The notes under the pieces are model-generated. The model saw nothing but the letters and a program-made list of their open reading frames with translations. It did no database searches and had not been told where the DNA came from. Made by a program: the position numbers and the translations under genes. Positions 57,394 to 64,000 of a stretch of DNA of 64,000 bases are shown here, piece by piece. Source of the stretch: Epithemia pelagica (lineage: Eukaryota > Protista > Bacillariophyta). Every line of letters begins with the position of its first letter. The first letter of the stretch is position 1. Where the stretch lies: assembly GCA_946965045.2 (NCBI GenBank), contig OX337234.1, forward strand, positions 1,054,001-1,118,000, read 5' to 3'.

Positions 57394-58485
57394 TACCCCC
57401 CAGCGGGGGTGAGTAATGAGGACTAGCGATAGAATACACGATTTGTATTCTCTATCTCACCCCCAAGGCGCGATCCTCGAAATCGGCGATTTCCCAACTT
57501 TGACACAAACTCAGAACAACCACAACGCAAACACCACGAGGCCCATCTTGCTGTGGATGTAACAACACCCATGGACCCTCCCAAGTCCAACCGTGTTGTC
57601 CATCCTTTCTCTACCAACCCAAGAGTCACTCCTTGCGCTGCAATTACTGGTGCGGTCAGTCCGATCGCTCCAAGCGCTCAGTACCACTACAATGCAAACC
57701 CAAACAACAACAATCAAACAGATAACCCTCTGTCTGAACGTGGTATGGATCCCTTTGTCTCTTTTCAAGTACCTCCCATGATCAATTACCCCTCCCCTAT
57801 GTACCTGGTGACTCTCAGGATGCGTAGAACCAAGTTGGGACTTTGAAGTAAGGAACTGAGTGATACGACACGCAACCAGCGAGAATCCACTATTTTTTCA
57901 GCCTGAACATTTTATCATGGTTCTACAGCAAGTTTGGTGATACCCACTCTAGAATCTATGCATTTGGATGGGTTCTATTTCGTTTTGGGTTTGTTTGGTA
58001 CCCCCCTCCTTTGTTGTTCCGTTGGGCCGCTGCGGCCAAGTACAAGTGAGCACATCGTTGGACGGACATTTTCTTGGGAGACAATGGCTGTGTTGTTGTC
58101 GGCACCGCCTCCTTTGTTGGGTTGTTTGTTTGTGTCGTGTAGTGCATTGTCATTCGCAAGGATGTGTTGGTATCGTTGATTGTTGTACGTTTGGAGGATT
58201 CGTCGCGGTAGCATTGTGTTTGGAATGAAAGTGTGCGCACCAGCAATTGCAGCGCCAGGAGTGTCCCTTGGGTTGTTAGAGACAGCATGGACAACACGGT
58301 TGGACTTGGGAGGGTCCATGGGTGTTGTTACATCCATAGCAAGATGGGCCTCGTGGTGTTTGCGTTGTGGTTGTTCTGAGTTTGTGTCAAAGTTGGGAGC
58401 AGCCGACACGCCTTGGGGGTGAGTAAGGGAATACAAGCGCAGCGTATTCGATCACGCGGGACTCACTCACCCCTGCTTGGGGGTA
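57394..58485. repeat. Foldback element with long imperfect inverted arms
   Basis: Core 57492-57603 is the reverse complement of 58287-58398 with one mismatch seen; similarity extends to about 57394-57650 versus 58238-58485. Confidence 0.88.
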
Positions 58486-61400
58486 GGACGGCTGGCTCAT
58501 TCGGAGTATCAAAATCTTAGAATAATATGGGGGATCATATAGAATGACATGCGCGCCTCTACACTACTATACGAAAAGTACGAAATATTTGGCGACGGAA
58601 GTCAAAGCACCTCAGAAAAAGGTGCCCTGATTGACCACGGTGAGGAGGGTCAAAATGGCCCGACCACAGCATTGTGCCGGCAACTCTGGTCCCTTTGACA
58701 TTCCAATATAGCGTCCTGGCCCTCGCGCTCTCCTAGGAGGCATATAAGGATCAACCGGTACGGGATGAAAGTAGGTGCTTCCAATTTCCAATTCGTCCCT
58801 TTTTTGATCACAGGTCGTCAGGAATACGAGATCGAACATATAACCCTCGGTATCAGTGTCCACTGCTTAGCTGTTTTTTGTCTGTGCCATCATTTTAGGT
58901 TCCCAGGTGGACACAGACATCATTTTTTGCTTTTGAGACAAATAGAAATGATCAAATGGCAAATTGGCACGCATACCCAGCTGGAGTTTTCACAGTTTGA
59001 AACAGACGCATGCCCAGCAAGCGGCCGTGCGTGGATAACTGCTGGTTGCTCCATAATTCATAATGACAAGCACACAATTCTTTTCTCTTGTTGCCGAAGC
59101 ACATCGTACGAATGGCATTCCAGGTGAGTGTGATCCGTTACCAATTGCCATGACAATTACATAGCTCATGCTCACTGATCACTGACACTTGTCACTTTTG
59201 TTTGCTCTGCTCATGGGAAGAGAGGCGATCATCTGTTGTGTCTCTGGGTAGCTCATTACGTGCCATTCTACATGTCGAAATGACGGATTTTTGATAACTT
59301 TCAGTCGATTCATAAACAGACTGCAGACATTGTTTTCTTTATATACTAGGAGTAGAAATAGAACTCAAGTGCTATTCATTCGTAGAGTTCAGTGCATTCT
59401 GAATTCGTTGCAGATCTCTTTTCTGTTTTGAGCATGGCAATGACTCTCAGTTTCACCATGAACACAAGCAGCTCTCACACGCTACAGCTACAACTTTTGA
59501 CTCTATGAACTGATAGACATGGAAAGTAGGGTGTGGCAAGAGCAAGAGGGCTTCCCATCTATTTGAAGCAAAAACAACAAAGTGTTTGGTCATTGAGAAA
59601 TGAGATGATGCTACGACCTATGACGATAGTGAATCATCTATCCTACAGAAGACATGAAAGCAACCAACCAACAATCAAACAACAAAACAATTACTCCTAC
59701 TTCAACAAATGAGACGGGTAAGATACTTCAGTTGACATCAAGCGGCTTGTTCCTAGTCTACTCGTTCAACAAGAGACAAGCCAAAGGATCATGCATGAAC
59801 AAGAGGAAAGATTGCAGCAGTGATGAGTGAGAAGAAAGAAAAAGAAACAAGAAGATTAGAAATAAGCCACAGTAGTGAGAAGTGAGAAGCAGTTCAGGTT
59901 CAGCCCAGCATGTTGCATCCATTGTTCTCACCTCACGTCATGGTCAAGCATTTGGCTCGGTTTTTTGGGTTTTGTGACAGACGAGGACGGGAGGGTTGCC
60001 CAAAAAATTTGAATCGTGGTGACCACAGAGGACAACCACCAACGGTCAACTGTCACATTCACGCTGGCCTTGCTCCAACCCTGAGGAATTTTATTGGGTA
60101 GACAGACAGACGAAAAACATAAAATGCTGGCTGTGTCCACTTGGGAACCTGTGAAGGTGGCACAGACAAAAAACAGCTAAGCAGTGGACACTGATACCTA
60201 GGGTACCGAAATGTTCGTACTAAAAAGAGCTATAAGCCTATATAATTTTTTTGACCAACGGACATACGCCCATGAAATGACGTAATTCCCCTTTTTTTGG
60301 TGCAACAAAGGGTTTGTTTCCAGAGGGAGTAGTCGAACGCAGAAAGTAGGATCCGTAGACTCGGTCCTTTTGCCACATCATGTGACAATCCTTCCAGAAC
60401 CAGAACGCTCTGTATCGGTGACCACCTATAAACCGTACGTACGTCGTCCGCACAGAACTCTGTCCTTCTCCCCCATAAAATGTCCCAAAAGCAAATCGTC
60501 ATGTAGAATGGCCGGCGTGCAAGTGACAGTTGAAGGTTGGCGGGCGTCCTCTGATCAACACGATTCAAATTCCAGACGCTCGCGAGCGACGACAGCTCAT
60601 AAAAACCATGCGATCAAAATCTGAAGGGCCCTATCACGGTACCGGTAAGACCATCGGCCATGGCACATGAACCGCGGACGAATCATTGTAGACTGTAGAC
60701 AGAGCGCGTCTTTCCTTCAGTTGTTGTTTGTGCCTTCTGTTTCTTCTTAGGATTGATAGATTGGTAGTGTTTTCGCCCATTTTCTGATTGTAGGGCTTGT
60801 CACATCCATGGTTCGAGTTGTCTTCTTGGTTGGGGACGATTTGGTTTCTTCTTCTTACTCTTAGGAGTAGTACTACATCATGAGGCTGATTGTCACCACT
60901 TTCTTTCTAGGCTAATGGTCGCTGAGACAAATTCTTAGTGTTTGCTGAATCTTCTTCAAGGTGAAGACGAGGAGAAGGAGAAGAAAAAAGACAAGAGAAT
61001 CCCTGGTCGAGCAGGACACCACCATTGACCTTCATATTTACCCCTATGATAAAATATAGAACAGGAATTCTACCTAGACTAGTATCGGAGTAAAAGGGCT
61101 ACAAATGAATCAATCATAAAGACTACAAGCAAAATTGGACTGGTGAAAAGTGAGACGTCGCAACGAGTCCAGAAAATGGGGCTCAAGGGGTGTATGCGAA
61201 CAAAAACAACAGGGAGGGACTATTGAGATGCTTGTCCTTAGCCCAATCGCAGCACTGTCTTTCTTGACGTACCTGGGTAGCATGGAAGCTGAAAAATCAT
61301 GCCATTGCAAGAATTGCCATGGACACGGCCGCTGTACTGGAGGTTTGTTTGTTTTATGAGTGTCGTGCACCAACCACCAACGGCAACCGTCATGCACGCT

Positions 61401-61720
61401 GGGTCGCTCAAACTGATTTGAAATGTGACAAGGAAATGCCGGCGTGTCCTTTCTGATTTTTTATGGAAAATAGGATATGAATCGAGAAAAAAATCTCCAT
61501 TGGGGGGACAGTTTGCGGACGACGTACATACGACTAATAGTTGGATTAAGGTGGCTGGTAGCGCAGTGGTTCGATTCCACAACACCTTAATTCTAAACAG
61601 AGGTAGTCGCTGTGGATCTTCAGAATTGCAGAAAATCTTGAGCGGTGACATTTGTATTTTGGGGTTAGCATGTGTGAGCTAGGGGAAAAGCTCTCTTAGA
61701 ATGGTTTCAATCCTTCCCCT

Positions 61721-62929
61721 CTACGTATAGTATGAAGGAACCACATTTTTAGCAAGAGACCATTCCGGAAGAGATGGGCGGACTCCGTCACTCAAAGGTG
61801 ACTCCGCAAGTGCGTTAGCAAGTCGATGTAACAGAGCCTCGTTCTCTATTGCCTTGTCCACAGCATCCTGGCCTTCTCCCGCTCCATCGGTCCATGCTAG
61901 AGAAGCTGTGCCCGGGGTAGAAGCCCCAGGAAGATGATGTTCTGATTGAAACTGTTCTTCCAATACTGGAGCAAGTTTAGCGCGCTTGCTACCTCGCAGT
62001 TTTGCCTCCCTGGTTTTCAAAGACTTCAGGAGAGATTCAAATTCATTCAAACACTCCCGCCCATCATTGTACTGGGTTATCAACATGCTGTTGAGGGCCT
62101 CAAATTGTACCAAGTACCATTTCTTGTTCCCATCCGTACCCAGCAGAATTGTTGATTGCCCCCATACACTTTCCCTCGAGAAAGCAGCAAGCTGGAGTAA
62201 CATTTGGGCCTTATTCATCGGCGTCCTGTCGGTCTTCATCTCGACCAGTGCCATACCGTATGTGTAGAACGATTCCTGAGACCGCTCACAAAGTGCGAGC
62301 ATTGATTCCTCCGTAACACATCCGTCAGACTTGCCGTTTGCCACCTTTCGATCGGCCTTGATAGGTGCTAATTTCTTTCCTTTCACGTCTCTTATGCCTA
62401 GCTTCTTGCCGTCCACAGCAAGCGCTTGATCCAACTTACCAAAGAGCCATTTCAGTGCCAATGGGGTCCCATCATTTTCCGAAAGTTTTCCTGTTCCTCC
62501 CGTCAAAAGTGCTTGCTCCCATTCAAAATTTCCTACAACAGATCCGACTCCGACATTCATGTTGGCGACGGCGTTACGCCAGGAGATCGACAGCCCGGTC
62601 AACAGATCGGTTGCAAATTCAGTGTTCGCCTTCGACATGTTTCTGTCATCCGTTTTTGACTCGATCATCATTTTCTCTATGTTTTCAATTTTCCGTTTCA
62701 TATCCTCCGAATCATTCGCCTGTTGTTTTTGTTGTTCATTCATTTCCTACACCCAGAGTGAGAACAAAGGTGAAACTGTAAGATCACGAACACAACAGAT
62801 AAAACACCACAAGCACAAATTCAAACTCACCTGCTTTTGGGACTCGATCATCATTCCTTCCATGCGTTCAATTCTCCGTTTCATATCCTCCGAATGATTC
62901 GCCTGTTGTTTTTGTTGTTCATTCATTTC
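61721..62929 (-). CDS. Restriction-endonuclease-fold (CRN-like) protein with a duplicated N-terminal coiled-coil exon
   Basis: KSDG...ALVEMKT...QMLLQLAA PD-(D/E)xK-like motif; exon 62831-62929, GT-AG intron 62747-62830, main exon from 62746. Confidence 0.6.
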
Positions 62930-62937
62930 CTACACAG

Positions 62938-63957
62938 GACAAGATGATTCTCATTACGATGTTACAAATGCGCGACAATATATGGCCGAATTTGTGCGTC
63001 GAAACGGGGAAGCACGATATGCAGTTAAGAGATTGCATCGTGATTTGAACGATTTGGAAAGAACACGGGGGATGATAGACTTGGCTATTGAAGCCAAGAT
63101 TCTTTCATTTGTATGGCATCCGAATATCAGTAGGTTTTGCATCTCTGCGTTCCCCTGCTTCCCACCTTGAAACAATTTGGTCTCTCATATCAAATCATTT
63201 GTTTTCGTCTCTCCAGTAAAAATGCGTGGAGTTGCTGCAGGCCCAACGCTGAACCCAACTTTCTTTATCGTTATGGATCGTTTGCACGTATCCCTACCCG
63301 AAAAAATGGAAGAATGGGCGCAGATTCAATCGGAACATCAGGGCTCTATTTTTGGAATCGGCTCTAATAAGCCTGAAATGAGGCAATTGCTGCAAGAGCG
63401 TCTAAGGGTGGCGTATGATCTCGCAGCTGCGTTCTCGTACATGCATGACAAGAAGTAAGTGATGATGCTGCTGTACCTCGATCCTCGATATACCATCGGA
63501 ACATATTTTGATCTCAGTGTCTCTCTTTGTAATCAGGCTTGTTTACCGAGATATCAAGCAGGAAAACATTGGTTTTGATGTCCGGGGTGATGTCAAAGTG
63601 TTTGATTTTGGGTTGTGCAAGGGTTTGTTGCCATCAAGAAAGACCAAAGACGTTAATGGTCGAGATTTGTATGGGTTTAACCTGACTTCTCGAACTGGGT
63701 CCGTACCCTACATGGCACCGGAAGTCGCCGAATGTAAACCTTATGATTGCAAAGCAGATGTCTTCTCTTTTGCCATTCTCCTCTGGGAAATGCTGGCCCT
63801 TCGGACAGCGTTCAAAGGATACTCGAGGAAAGAGTTCCTGGATCGCGTTGTCAGACGAAGAGAAAGATTAATAGTAAACCGATTATGGCCATCACTGACA
63901 AGAACAGTGATCAAGGAAGCATGGGACAATGACACACAAAAAAGACCCGACATGAAG
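62938..63957 (+). CDS. Ser/Thr (TKL-like) protein kinase, partial, three exons visible (62938-63129, 63217-63454, 63537-63957)
   Basis: YAVKRL, HPNIIKMRG, YRDIKQEN, DFG, YMAPEV, DVFSF, W...RPDM; canonical GT-AG introns keep the frame. The Gly-rich loop was not found. Confidence 0.9.
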
Positions 63958-64000
63958 GTAGGTTCTGGTTATCTGCTTTGGTGCTTCAATCTGTCTACGG

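Noticed and set aside
60350-60380. About 28-bp match to the Myb upstream region at 54920
   Set aside because: Too short to call a third copy of the block.
60640-60650. TACCGGTAA resembling the MITE terminus
   Set aside because: Only 9 bp and no partner TIR.
58600-61700. Short ORFs of 60-137 aa
   Set aside because: No motifs or codon-level support; treated as intergenic or unannotated.

Overview
Eukaryotic, repeat-dense 64-kb window. The Copia families, the leishmanolysin, the kinase family and the short GT-AG introns suggest a diatom or other stramenopile (inference). It holds four Ty1/copia LTR elements: Copia-1 (1-6003, minus), Copia-2 (8999-14930), Copia-3 (about 20330-45553) and Copia-4 (45730-51712). 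Copia-3 is split inside its RT gene by an 18,510-bp DNA transposon (25456-43965) with 15-bp TIRs and a 2-bp CA target duplication. That transposon encodes a Plavaka/CMC-like transposase, a spliced accessory gene, two convergent Cys-rich paralogs, two RING proteins and a TET/JBP-like 2OG-Fe(II) dioxygenase. Copia-1 lacks a recognisable tRNA PBS; the 13 nt next to its 5' LTR are exactly complementary to a tract inside the LTR, the geometry of Tf1-type self-priming, and it also carries an extra ORF upstream of gag. A roughly 4.9-kb block (leishmanolysin relic, Myb gene, Crinkler/RHS-type NTPase-REase gene) occurs twice, about 37 kb apart. Also present: an intact-looking leishmanolysin gene, a TA-flanked MITE, a 1.1-kb foldback, a REase-like gene with a duplicated exon and a partial protein kinase. 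No rRNA, tRNA or CRISPR array was recognised. Domain calls come from motifs read by eye, not from database searches.
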